DNA from: an uncultured Candidatus Saccharibacteria bacterium
GTDB lineage: Bacteria; Patescibacteriota; Minisyncoccia; Phycocordibacterales; UBA9973
DNA length: 64,000 nt
Reading direction: 5' to 3'
Assembly (NCBI GenBank): GCA_964591445.1
Contig: CAZQAW010000001.1
Coordinates: 14,625 to 78,624 of the forward strand
The notes beneath the pieces were generated by a model, which was not told the DNA's origin, did not search any database, and was given only the letters and a program-made list of their open reading frames with translations. A program made the position numbers and the translations under genes. This document shows positions 18,660 to 27,829 of the stretch, in pieces; within the stretch, counting starts at the first letter, position 1, and each line of letters opens with the position of its first letter.

Positions 18660-18762
18660 AAATACTACTTTAAAAAGCACGACATAAAATCCTGCTGGAT
18701 TTTTGCTCTGCTCGGCTCGACAGCCTGCGCAAGGCTTTTCAAAGTAGTATTTTTATTTTTCT
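18650..18762. mobile_element. MITE-like element, copy 1 (68-bp core plus 22-bp perfect outer arms)
   Basis: Core 18673-18740 is the exact reverse complement of 27739-27806. Arms 18650-18671 and 18741-18762 form a perfect inverted repeat. Confidence 0.75.
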
Positions 18763-19997
18763 TCCAGTATCCCAGACGCGCACGTAATGCAACTTTCGCA
18801 ATTCTTCTCCCCTTCTTTCCATGCGCGCCAGGCTTTACGAAGTGGAAGTATAGACATGAAATAACGAAGATCAATAAGCGTTCGCATCCACCAGCCGACA
18901 AGCCCGGAAAAAGAATGTTTGCCGACGACAATCATCGCCCAGTCGGGGCCAACTGGCATCGCATAGGCAACTTTTTTGGGAACGTACGAAAACTTTTTTG
19001 TAGAATACCGAATACGCGAAGCAATGACTTTTGCGACGAACTTGCCATTGTCGATCGCTGTTTGTGCAAGGCCGGCATACTGTGTCTGCGCGCCGTCACC
19101 GATAACGAAAACATTTTTTTGTCCAACGGCTTCAAGTTCACCTGTCACTTCCACGCGGCCGTTGGGTGCTTTTTTCAACCCTTGCGCGTTCATATAATAG
19201 TGCGAAGCTTTGACGCCCGCAGTCCACACAACGCTGTGTGATGGAATATGCATGTGGTCGGTATAAATGCCGCCCGCATCCGCGCGAAGCATTTTTTCTC
19301 CGGTATGTACATGTACACCCAAGAATTTCAAACGCTCTTCGATTTTTACTGAAACTGTCTCGCTCATCATCGGCACAAGTCTTTCCGCGCCTTCGATAAG
19401 AAGCAAGTTCACATGTTCGCGCGCAACTTCGTGCAGTGTGCAAAGCTTGTCAACATACGAAGAAAGTTCTCCGGCAAGTTCAACACCGGCTGGACCGCCA
19501 CCGACAATCGTCACACGCAAATTGCTTTCCAAATCTTCTTTGCGAGCGAGGCTGTGATCGTGAAATACTTGATGCAGATGATTTTTCAACCGAAGCGCAT
19601 CGTTGATAGACTTGAATGGAAAGGCATGTTCTTCGAGACCGGGAATGCCGAAGTACGCGCTTTCGGACCCGAGCGCAAGCACCAGATAGTCATAATGATA
19701 GCGCGAGCCGCTCACACCGGCGACAACTTTTTGGTCAAAAATAAATGACACCACTTCGTCATGTACGACATACACGTTTGTGTCTTCAAAAATATCGGAA
19801 AGCTGGATGCACACTTCAAGCGGACTTTTGCCGGCAACAGCGCGATAAAGCATAGGATAATATTCAAAATGAGTATTTTTTGAAAGAAGCGTGATGGAAG
19901 TATTTCGAAAATGTTTTTTAGACAAGCGAAGTGCCGCTTCGATACCAGCAAAGCCTCCGCCGACTATGAGTATGCGCGTATGTTCTTTGTGAGACAT
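18753..19997 (-). CDS. Type II NADH dehydrogenase-like FAD oxidoreductase
   Basis: Two Rossmann motifs ('IVGGGFAG' and 'IVGGGPAGVELAGE'), plus 'WTAGV' and 'VFVIGD'. Confidence 0.88.
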   Translation of the reverse strand: MSHKEHTRILIVGGGFAGIEAALRLSKKHFRNTSITLLSKNTHFEYYPMLYRAVAGKSPLEVCIQLSDIFEDTNVYVVHDEVVSFIFDQKVVAGVSGSRYHYDYLVLALGSESAYFGIPGLEEHAFPFKSINDALRLKNHLHQVFHDHSLARKEDLESNLRVTIVGGGPAGVELAGELSSYVDKLCTLHEVAREHVNLLLIEGAERLVPMMSETVSVKIEERLKFLGVHVHTGEKMLRADAGGIYTDHMHIPSHSVVWTAGVKASHYYMNAQGLKKAPNGRVEVTGELEAVGQKNVFVIGDGAQTQYAGLAQTAIDNGKFVAKVIASRIRYSTKKFSYVPKKVAYAMPVGPDWAMIVVGKHSFSGLVGWWMRTLIDLRYFMSILPLRKAWRAWKEGEKNCESCITCASGILEEK

Positions 19998-19998
19998 G

Positions 19999-21417
19999 TC
20001 AGTCCACTATCGCAATGTCGTCCGCATTTTCTGGTTCGCCTCGTTTTCTTCGTCGAATGTACAAAGTGATGCCGATCGAAAGCGCGAGCATGATTGCAAG
20101 TGTAACAATACTTATTGTAGCAGAACTTCCGCGTGTTTCATCACTTTGTGTATCCACAGCTTGCGCGGAAAGTGGGATTGCTGGAGTGATTTCAGTTTTT
20201 TGTTCTTCGGGAATTTCAGTTGGTAATGAAAGCGAAGACGAAGATGGAGCGCGCGAGGATACGCGCGCTGCCGAAGACCGCGCATTGTTAAATGTAAAAG
20301 CAATCGTTCCATCTTTGCCCACAAGCACAAGCGGCAGTGTATGATCAGCACCGGCAAACCCTGTTACCGAAGCTGCCAAAAACAAACTTTTGCCTGGCAA
20401 AATAATACTATTATACGCAAACGCAAACTGCTTGCTGCCAAGAGAAAGTGACCAGCCGGAAAGATCGAACTCTTTCGTGTCTGCATTTTGCAAAGTAATA
20501 TTCCCTGCTTCGTCAAACGAAGTTATGGCAAGCTTGTGGTCTTCAACCGTAAGGATCACTCGATCGCCAGCATCAGAAGTCGTACTTGCAATATACGGAT
20601 TCATAAAATAATCGAGCGTGACCACATAGTCGCCAGACTTTTTATACGTGTGCACCACTTTCTCATTTGTCTCTTTCATCACACTTGCTCCGTCGCCAAA
20701 ATTCCAAGCGAATTTGCCGCGGCGTATCACTTCACCAGAAGGCGCAAGCACTTTTGGCTCAAACACGACTTCGATATTCGTAATAGCAACTTGCTTCACA
20801 ATCATTTCCGCTGTCATTTTCTGCACCGTTTGCTCGACAGGTTTTTTGGTTACGGGTGTTGTTGGCGTCGTAGAACTTCCACCGCTTCCACCATTTGCAT
20901 TGTCGCCACCTGCGTCAACGTCAGAAGTTGTCGCATTAGTCGCACCAGGAGTCGGCGCTGCTATCACCCAGTTCTCGCCATTTTTCTGCAAGCTTTTACC
21001 TGCACCCGCACCACTTGGGTCGGCAACATACGTCACTTGGTTTACGATAGTATTTGTCGCATCTTTCATCGCCAAGGTCTCACCCGGATCGTTGTTGAGC
21101 GAAAAACTTGAGTCAAAAAGTATACCTGAAAAATTGGGCCAGTCGGTTTTAAATTTTGAAATCGTATCCGCAATGATTGCAAACCCACCAGCTGGAATAC
21201 TTGCCGAGCCATCGGGCACGAGCGAGTGGTTCGTATTGCCTTCGAAAAATTTATACGTCGACAAATCAACAGCAGCTGAACTGGTATTCAACACTTCTAT
21301 CCATTCTCGGTCGGTGTCGGTCCCGTCCAAGTCGTACATGATTTCATTGATAATGATTTCCGCGCGCGCAACAAATGGAAGCGCGCATATAAAACCAAAC
21401 GCTATGAGTTTCTTCAT
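19999..21417 (-). CDS. Lamin-tail plus PKD domain surface protein
   Basis: Signal peptide, 'IIINEIMYD...EWIEV.N' (LTD), 'WNFGDG...HTY..SGDY.V.L' (PKD) and a C-terminal TM. Confidence 0.85.
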   Translation of the reverse strand: MKKLIAFGFICALPFVARAEIIINEIMYDLDGTDTDREWIEVLNTSSAAVDLSTYKFFEGNTNHSLVPDGSASIPAGGFAIIADTISKFKTDWPNFSGILFDSSFSLNNDPGETLAMKDATNTIVNQVTYVADPSGAGAGKSLQKNGENWVIAAPTPGATNATTSDVDAGGDNANGGSGGSSTTPTTPVTKKPVEQTVQKMTAEMIVKQVAITNIEVVFEPKVLAPSGEVIRRGKFAWNFGDGASVMKETNEKVVHTYKKSGDYVVTLDYFMNPYIASTTSDAGDRVILTVEDHKLAITSFDEAGNITLQNADTKEFDLSGWSLSLGSKQFAFAYNSIILPGKSLFLAASVTGFAGADHTLPLVLVGKDGTIAFTFNNARSSAARVSSRAPSSSSLSLPTEIPEEQKTEITPAIPLSAQAVDTQSDETRGSSATISIVTLAIMLALSIGITLYIRRRKRGEPENADDIAIVD

Positions 21418-21435
21418 AGCGTTAGTATACAAAAC

Positions 21436-23604
21436 CTATTCTAAAATTTTCTTCAAGACGTCTTCTGGAACTTCCTTGATTTTTGTCTCATTTTCGGCTT
21501 TATGCACAGATTCTTCTTCGATCTTCTTTTGTTCTTCTTCTTTTGACGGTTCTGTTTGAAGCGGCACTTCAACTTGTACAGGAGAGGGTTCTTCTTTCTT
21601 TTGCTCAGTTTTTGCAGCCATATACGAAGCTGGAGCGATATTTGGTTTGCCCGCCATCGCTTTTGCAATGACATCTTTCAAAAGCGAGATGCTTTCTCTA
21701 CTGCCGGCTTTTTTGGTGGCGACACGCTCTGGCGGATTGCTTTCTCTTCGCAAGTCTTCAAGTGGCATTTCTTTTTTTTGTTCTTGTATTTCCGGACGAG
21801 GAGTGACGGATTTCACATCTTCCAATTTCGGCTTATGAAAAACTTCTTTTTCTTTTTTTACCAAAATAACTTCCGGCTGTTTTTCAGGAACTTTTTTCGG
21901 AGTTGGTTCAAAATCTGCTGCCGCGGGCAACACATCGGCAAGTGCATCATTTAATGCGGACTTGATTGTATCCGGATCAATCGAAGCTCGCACCGGCCGT
22001 TCGACAGGTTGTGGAATTGGGCGAGGCGCGGGTTGAGGCTGAGCTGGTGTTTGTTGCGTTGGTTGTGGTACTTGCGGTTGCGGCATCGGTTTTGAAGGCA
22101 CTGGCGCAATTTCTCCAGATTTTATCTTTGCCAAATCTTCTTTGCAGTAGACCGGCCGGCCTGGAGTTGGCTCGAACGGCAACCAAATTTCTTTGCCACA
22201 CACGGCACAGTTTGCCTTAAACTTCCCTTCTTTATCTTTTTCGCTTATTTCATCTGGTGGTGGAACTTCTCCGGGCGCAAGCACAACACCGCCTTTGGCA
22301 CTGCTCCATGCATTGATCGTTTCTTCAATCTCTGTTCGCGGCATTGTGTAGAGTTCGCGAGAACGATCGACGATTTGCTGAATACTTACCAAGTTCCCTG
22401 GGAATTTGAGTGGTGGAATAGTGCCGGCAGAAAATGGTCGTGATGTGAATCCATCTACCATGAGTTTCAAATATACATTGTAGTTTGGAAGCGCGACTAA
22501 ATCTTCTGGAGTAATTTCTGGTGCGAATTCTTGTTCCAGGAATTCCGCGTCTTGTGCGCCAACGCGGAAAACGATCATCGTTCCAACGTTGCCGAACACA
22601 GCGTCGCGAACCGCAGTTCCGTTCGCAGTGACAAGCTGGTTGGTATATTGGTGCGCAATGATCAAGTTCAAACGGTATTTTCGCGCTTCAGAAAGAATCG
22701 AAGCAAAAGATTCTGTCACGAAGTTTTGAAATTCGTCCACGTACAAATAAAAGTCTTTTCGTTCTTCTTCGGGCACGCGCACGCGCTCCATCGCCGCAAG
22801 CTGGATTTTGGTAATAAGCATTCCTCCCAAAAGCGCAGAGTTGTCTTCACCGATGCGTCCTTTTGAAACGTTCACCAAGAAAATTTTCCCTGTGTTCATC
22901 ACATCAAACACGTTGATCGTGGACTTTGATTGCCCAACCACGTTTCGCACGATCGCACTTGAAAGAAATTGCCCGACTTTGTTTTGGATCGGGGCGATTG
23001 CTTCGTTTCGAAATTGGTCTCGCCACTGTTCGTATTCGTGCACCCAAAAAGCTTTCACCACAGGGTCTTTCAAATTCCCGATGATTGTTTTTCGATAATC
23101 TTTATCTACAAGTAGTCGCGGAATGCCAAGCAATGTTGTGCCCGGCGTATCAAGCAAAGCAAGAATCGCATTGTTCAAAATGTATTCCATTCGAGCGCTC
23201 CACGCATTGGCCCAAATCTTTGTGAAAATTCCCATCAAACCTGACGCAACCAGATGCTTGTATTGTGGATCTTCGAGTTCGAGCACGTTGAACCCAACAT
23301 GAAAATCCGTATCGGCGGGGTTGAAATAAATGACGTCGTTCAAGCGATGCTCGGGAATTGAAGCGAGAATTCCTTCCACCAGTTCTCCGTGCGGGTCAAC
23401 AACACACACACCTTCGCCATTGTTGATGTTCTGAATGATCATATTGGAAAGCAGAACAGACTTTCCTGTTCCAGATTTTCCAAGCACGTACATATGTTGG
23501 CGGCGGTCGCGGCGCTTAATACCAAAAAGCTGATTGCTTCCGCGGAAATTCGTGCGGCCGAAATATGTAATGTCTCTATTGTGTGGTAGTTCGTTTAAGT
23601 CCAT
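21436..23604 (-). CDS. VirD4/TraD-like ATPase with CxxC-x17-CxxC-like domain and disordered tail
   Basis: Walker A 'GKSGTGKS', 'YVDEFQNF', 'SEARKY', and 'CAVCG...PFEPTPGRPVYCKED'. Confidence 0.85.
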   Translation of the reverse strand: MDLNELPHNRDITYFGRTNFRGSNQLFGIKRRDRRQHMYVLGKSGTGKSVLLSNMIIQNINNGEGVCVVDPHGELVEGILASIPEHRLNDVIYFNPADTDFHVGFNVLELEDPQYKHLVASGLMGIFTKIWANAWSARMEYILNNAILALLDTPGTTLLGIPRLLVDKDYRKTIIGNLKDPVVKAFWVHEYEQWRDQFRNEAIAPIQNKVGQFLSSAIVRNVVGQSKSTINVFDVMNTGKIFLVNVSKGRIGEDNSALLGGMLITKIQLAAMERVRVPEEERKDFYLYVDEFQNFVTESFASILSEARKYRLNLIIAHQYTNQLVTANGTAVRDAVFGNVGTMIVFRVGAQDAEFLEQEFAPEITPEDLVALPNYNVYLKLMVDGFTSRPFSAGTIPPLKFPGNLVSIQQIVDRSRELYTMPRTEIEETINAWSSAKGGVVLAPGEVPPPDEISEKDKEGKFKANCAVCGKEIWLPFEPTPGRPVYCKEDLAKIKSGEIAPVPSKPMPQPQVPQPTQQTPAQPQPAPRPIPQPVERPVRASIDPDTIKSALNDALADVLPAAADFEPTPKKVPEKQPEVILVKKEKEVFHKPKLEDVKSVTPRPEIQEQKKEMPLEDLRRESNPPERVATKKAGSRESISLLKDVIAKAMAGKPNIAPASYMAAKTEQKKEEPSPVQVEVPLQTEPSKEEEQKKIEEESVHKAENETKIKEVPEDVLKKILE

Positions 23605-23635
23605 TGCGTTATTCTTGCTATAAGTATAACGTGAT

Positions 23636-24217
23636 TTACCGCGCTTTGCTAGATGTGATCCGTCGTTCAACTATCTGGCTTACAATGATGCCACATGCGA
23701 GCACCATGGCATAGAGCGCGAGCGCTTCCGGATACGTAAAAGGAATTTTGGAAAGCGAGCCCAAGATGAATGCGAGCACCCACGACGACACCGACACCGC
23801 ACCAAAGGCAAATGACCAGCGGCGGATGCGAATGTATTTGTTGCGACCTTTTGTATCGGTAAAACTGATGTGCGGCAATGCCGGATGCACGACGAAATGG
23901 AAGAAAAGGCCGTTCAAAATAAGCACACCAACTATGGACATTTTTGTGAGGAATTTGACAGAGACCGCGTACACTTCCGGATTTGAAAAGAAAAGCGCAG
24001 CGCCCGAAAGTACTATAAAGAGAAGCGCGATCCACACGATTCGCGACAGAGTCGACAACACACCGTTTTCCGTAATGTTCAACTTTTTGTCTTTGATAAA
24101 AATATTGAAAAGCAAATCTGAAACAAGCGCAGCGCCCATGCCAATAACAACGGAAAAAACGTGAAGTATCACGAACAAAGTTTTATATTCGGCACAAAAT
24201 GAAATAAATGATTCCAT
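23636..24217 (-). CDS. Multi-TM membrane protein
   Basis: 193 aa with five hydrophobic helices. Confidence 0.7.
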   Translation of the reverse strand: MESFISFCAEYKTLFVILHVFSVVIGMGAALVSDLLFNIFIKDKKLNITENGVLSTLSRIVWIALLFIVLSGAALFFSNPEVYAVSVKFLTKMSIVGVLILNGLFFHFVVHPALPHISFTDTKGRNKYIRIRRWSFAFGAVSVSSWVLAFILGSLSKIPFTYPEALALYAMVLACGIIVSQIVERRITSSKAR

Positions 24218-24222
24218 AAAAT

Positions 24223-24732
24223 TTATTCCCCATTATAAGCCTTTTCTAAATCTGCGATGATAATTTTCTTCATCGGCATCATGGCTTGCATTGCGCGGGC
24301 GGATTTTACTGCGTCAGAGCCATTCATCCACTCTCCCATATTCGGAACTATCTGCCACGAAAAGCCGTATTTGTCTTTGCACCAGCCGCATTGGCTTTCT
24401 GCGCCTTCTTTTGTAATCGCATTCCAGAAATAATCGATCTCTTCTTGGTCTTTGCAATTTACAAGAAACGAAACGGATTCATTTGGCTTGAAAAGCGGGC
24501 CGCCATCGAGTGCCATAAATGTTTGGCCGTTCAACATAAAAACTGCAGTCAGAACTTGGCCATCAAACCCAGCCATCGGTCCTTCGGTGATTCCGCTTGG
24601 GTAACGCTTGATGGAAACGATTTTTGATTCGCTGGTTGAGTCAGCAGGATTGCCATTAAAAAGAGAAACATAAAAGTTGACAGCTTCTTCGCAATTGCGA
24701 TCAAACCAAAGAAACGGGGTTATTTTTTGCAT
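24223..24732 (-). CDS. VOC/PhnB family protein
   Basis: 'QKITPFLWF', 'CKDQEEIDYFW' and 'CGWCKDKYGFSWQIVP' motifs. Confidence 0.9.
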   Translation of the reverse strand: MQKITPFLWFDRNCEEAVNFYVSLFNGNPADSTSESKIVSIKRYPSGITEGPMAGFDGQVLTAVFMLNGQTFMALDGGPLFKPNESVSFLVNCKDQEEIDYFWNAITKEGAESQCGWCKDKYGFSWQIVPNMGEWMNGSDAVKSARAMQAMMPMKKIIIADLEKAYNGE

Positions 24733-24836
24733 AAGTAAATTGTAGCAAAAAAGCATAAATCAGCATTATTGACTTACATTTATAAATATAGTATTATTTT
24801 TAAAAATACATTCACACTCAAAATTTAATAATCATC

Positions 24837-25493
24837 ATGGCAGAAACCACAACACCCACTACTTTCATAAAGGACATTACAGAGGAATTTATTAAAGTCC
24901 ACCGTACACCACTTCCTCTCGCTAACATATTTATTTACACAATTAAGCTGGTGAAATGCTCTGGCATGGGAGCTTCAGCATACATTGTAAAACCAATAGA
25001 TACACTCCTAAAGAACATATCTTCATACGAACATACAAATCAGCGTTTCATTGCGATGCGCTATAACCTTGAGGCTGCACTGCAGAGCCTCATATTGATG
25101 GACAACAAAATTCTTGTAGACATCCTTAATTATTTTGAATCTATAAAGAAAAAAAGTAATCCTTTAGAATTGTTTATGAAAAATCAATTGGGCATTTCTT
25201 CGGGCGCAGATAAAAAGATGGATCGAGCGCTGATACTTTTTATGCTTGATAAGGTGTCTAGGCACCAAGAATATTTTTTATTAGAAAAAAATTCTGAAAC
25301 ATCGCATATGCTACCCTACATTCTAAGAAACTACTACGCGGAACAAAAACAAGGGTACCAAGTAGAAATAAATCACGCTCAATGCTATGGGTTCGTTTAT
25401 CAGGCGAAAAACAACAGGAGCGCGACAAAAGGAACAGTAAGTATAGAACCATCACACATTAAAGTGATGGTAGACTTCAGCCCCACAAGCTGA
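24837..25493 (+). CDS. AT-rich orphan
   Basis: 218 aa, with TTGACT-17-TATTAT at 24769-24797. Confidence 0.6.
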   Translation: MAETTTPTTFIKDITEEFIKVHRTPLPLANIFIYTIKLVKCSGMGASAYIVKPIDTLLKNISSYEHTNQRFIAMRYNLEAALQSLILMDNKILVDILNYFESIKKKSNPLELFMKNQLGISSGADKKMDRALILFMLDKVSRHQEYFLLEKNSETSHMLPYILRNYYAEQKQGYQVEINHAQCYGFVYQAKNNRSATKGTVSIEPSHIKVMVDFSPTS

Positions 25494-25665
25494 AGTTTTT
25501 TATTTTTAAGAAATCTCCTAGAGTGGACTTGGGATACCATTTTTGGAACCGATTTGCAACGGAATGTGATTATTTAATGATGATTATGCAAGAGTATAAG
25601 GCAGATAAAGTGAAATAAAAAAAGTGCTTTGATTAAAAAGCACTTTGATTAAAAATTGTATAAAC

Positions 25666-26166
25666 CTACCCTCTTTCGTACATATGATAGGCATACGATG
25701 TTGGAATAAATTTGAAAAACATTCCTTCATCTTTTGACACAACATCCAATGCCTTCAATTTTTCTTTAGTTGTAACTTGATTCATTGAAGAAACATTTGT
25801 GTCATTCGTCCTTTTTTCAAGGTCTGCCCTTAGTTCATCTTTGAACTTTCTAATATCTTCAGATTTACTAAGTAAATACAAGGTGCCAAAAGCTCGCATT
25901 TGGCAAACGTTGATTTGGTTATAAGCCCCCAAAAAGTAAGTTTTACAAGGAAAGACAGCAATCTCTGTTTTCTTGTTACGCTCATCTTTTGTGAGATGAA
26001 AAAATATTTCCATAGTTTCCTCATCAGAAATCTTAAAAAAACAGCGAGGTCTCAAATCTCTATTTTCGAATGGATTTGCCCAAAGGTCTTTATTGTTGGA
26101 AACAAAGACTGTTCCTATCAAGGGGAAAAATTTAATTCCTTCCTTTTTCTTTATTCTTTTGTACAT
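25666..26166 (-). CDS. AT-rich orphan
   Basis: 166-aa ORF with a terminator-like hairpin at about 25619-25646. Confidence 0.55.
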   Translation of the reverse strand: MYKRIKKKEGIKFFPLIGTVFVSNNKDLWANPFENRDLRPRCFFKISDEETMEIFFHLTKDERNKKTEIAVFPCKTYFLGAYNQINVCQMRAFGTLYLLSKSEDIRKFKDELRADLEKRTNDTNVSSMNQVTTKEKLKALDVVSKDEGMFFKFIPTSYAYHMYERG

Positions 26167-26567
26167 ATAGCTAATATTTAAGTTTATTGATTTATAACAT
26201 AAAAGACTATTTATAGCAATGCGTATTTTTACCCCACACTTACAATCACTATTGTTTAGGAGTTTTCCGACATTATAGATGGTTGTTATCTGCCTATTTA
26301 TCAGCGTATTCCTTATTGATTTCGGTGGGATTTTTATTTTATTATCAAATAAATTCTCTAGTGGTCAAAAATATTTTCCTCCTCGACACTCGGAAGATTC
26401 TTCAGTCGTCAGGAATAAATTTCCAGACGACTCTGGAAATTTTCACGACTCCTCCCGGTACGATTTTCTAATCGCCTGTCTCGTCTGTTTTTTTCTGCTG
26501 AAAAAAACATGACTCCGGCTTCCACAAGTATCAAAAAATCCCCAGCAGTGGGGATTTTTCTATCTAG

Positions 26568-26640
26568 TGGACCCTACAGGACTCGAACCTGCCACCCCCT
26601 CATTGCAAATGAGGTGCTCTACCAGATGAGCTAAGGGCCC
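26568..26640 (-). tRNA. tRNA-Ala(TGC)
   Basis: GGGCCCT acceptor stem, CCTCA-TTTGCAA-TGAGG anticodon arm and GGTTCGAGTCC T-arm. A terminator hairpin at 26533-26559 follows. Confidence 0.93.
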
Positions 26641-26688
26641 AAAATATTTACCCCACTATTCTATCAAAACTCAAGGAAATTGCAACCA

Positions 26689-27681
26689 TTATTCTTCAAG
26701 GGCCTTTTCGACTATATGATCCACGAACTGCGGCATAGAAATGCCGACAGCCGCGAGGGCTTGCGGAACGAGCGAATGTTCGGTGAGGCCTGGTAACGAA
26801 TTTACTTCGATAAAATATATCTCGCCGCGAGGAGTAATCATGAAGTCGCTGCGCGAATAATGACGAAGGCCGAGTGCTTGGTGCACAGCGCGCGCAAGCT
26901 GTTGCAGGGTTTCTTTTTCTTTTTGCGTAAAGCTGCCGCCGACAACTGAACGGCCAGAGTCAGAATATTTGTGCGCGTAGCTGAATATGTCTTTTTTATC
27001 TTTCAAAATTTCTATCGGCACAAGCGCATAGTGTTCTTCACCGCGCAAGCCTTCGACGATGCCAGCTGTCGCCTCTCTGCCTTCGATAAATTCTTCGACA
27101 ATAAGCGCAACACCGAGACCGAGCGCCCACCGAAGCACGCTTACAAGTTCGGGCAAAGTGCGAGCAATGACAATACCAATAGAGGAACCCCCAGACACAG
27201 GCTTCACGATCCACGGCGGCGGAGTCGAACGAAATACTTTTTGAGCCTGTTCAAAGGCGTAGTCGTCAGCACTTATACCAAACTCATCTGTATACGCATT
27301 TACAATATAGTGTTGTGGAACTTTCACGCCAAGCATTGCCATTTTTTTCTTTGCCAAATCTTTTTCCATCGCAAGCGCAGATGCAAGCGCCCGACTTCCA
27401 GTAAACGGCATGCCGATGTTGTGTAAATATTGCGAAAGCGTACCATCTTCGCCGGCGCCGCCGTGAAGCGCGTTGAATATAACGTCGACATTGTCGCGCA
27501 AGCGATCAAGTGTTACCGGCAAGCCGTTGATATGCCACTCGCCGTCGCGAGTCACGAGCATGTCAACAACTTTGTATTTGTCGGGCATTGCGGAAAGTGC
27601 AGCCAGCACTTGCGCGCCGCTTCGCAAAGAAACTTCGTATTCATCACTCATGCCTCCGCGCATTACTCCGACTTTTATCAT
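26689..27681 (-). CDS. ddl: D-alanine--D-alanine ligase
   Basis: 'GG.S.EYEVSL.SG', 'ALHG..GEDG', 'KP..GGSSIG' and 'EVNSLPG' motifs. Confidence 0.93.
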   Translation of the reverse strand: MIKVGVMRGGMSDEYEVSLRSGAQVLAALSAMPDKYKVVDMLVTRDGEWHINGLPVTLDRLRDNVDVIFNALHGGAGEDGTLSQYLHNIGMPFTGSRALASALAMEKDLAKKKMAMLGVKVPQHYIVNAYTDEFGISADDYAFEQAQKVFRSTPPPWIVKPVSGGSSIGIVIARTLPELVSVLRWALGLGVALIVEEFIEGREATAGIVEGLRGEEHYALVPIEILKDKKDIFSYAHKYSDSGRSVVGGSFTQKEKETLQQLARAVHQALGLRHYSRSDFMITPRGEIYFIEVNSLPGLTEHSLVPQALAAVGISMPQFVDHIVEKALEE

Positions 27682-27738
27682 ATTCAAATTATAACCTATA
27701 ACAACAAATAGCGCGAAAGAAATGTGAATAGTCTTTGA

Positions 27739-27806
27739 GAAAAGCCTTGCGCAGGCTGTCGAGCCGAGCAGAGCAAAAATCCAGCAGGATTTTATGTCGT
27801 GCTTTT
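27739..27806. mobile_element. MITE-like element, copy 2
   Basis: 68/68 identical to 18673-18740 in inverted orientation; lies between uvrC and ddl. Confidence 0.75.
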
Positions 27807-27829
27807 ATACAAGATATTTTATTCTTTTG

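Noticed and set aside
18665-18931. 88-aa ORF spanning the 68-bp element
   Set aside because: It overlaps the NDH-2 3' end out of frame and simply reads through the non-coding repeat.
20648-21559. Long antisense ORFs (e.g. 20648-21559, 41047-41895, 43178-44017, 49641-50507)
   Set aside because: They are shadows of well-identified genes on the opposite strand and have no motifs of their own.
21436-23604. Conjugative element/ICE around the VirD4-like gene
   Set aside because: No relaxase, VirB4, integrase or att sites, and codon usage is host-like.
26279-26512. 77-aa ORF as a gene
   Set aside because: No clear promoter or motif, and competing short ORFs overlap it. Left uncalled.
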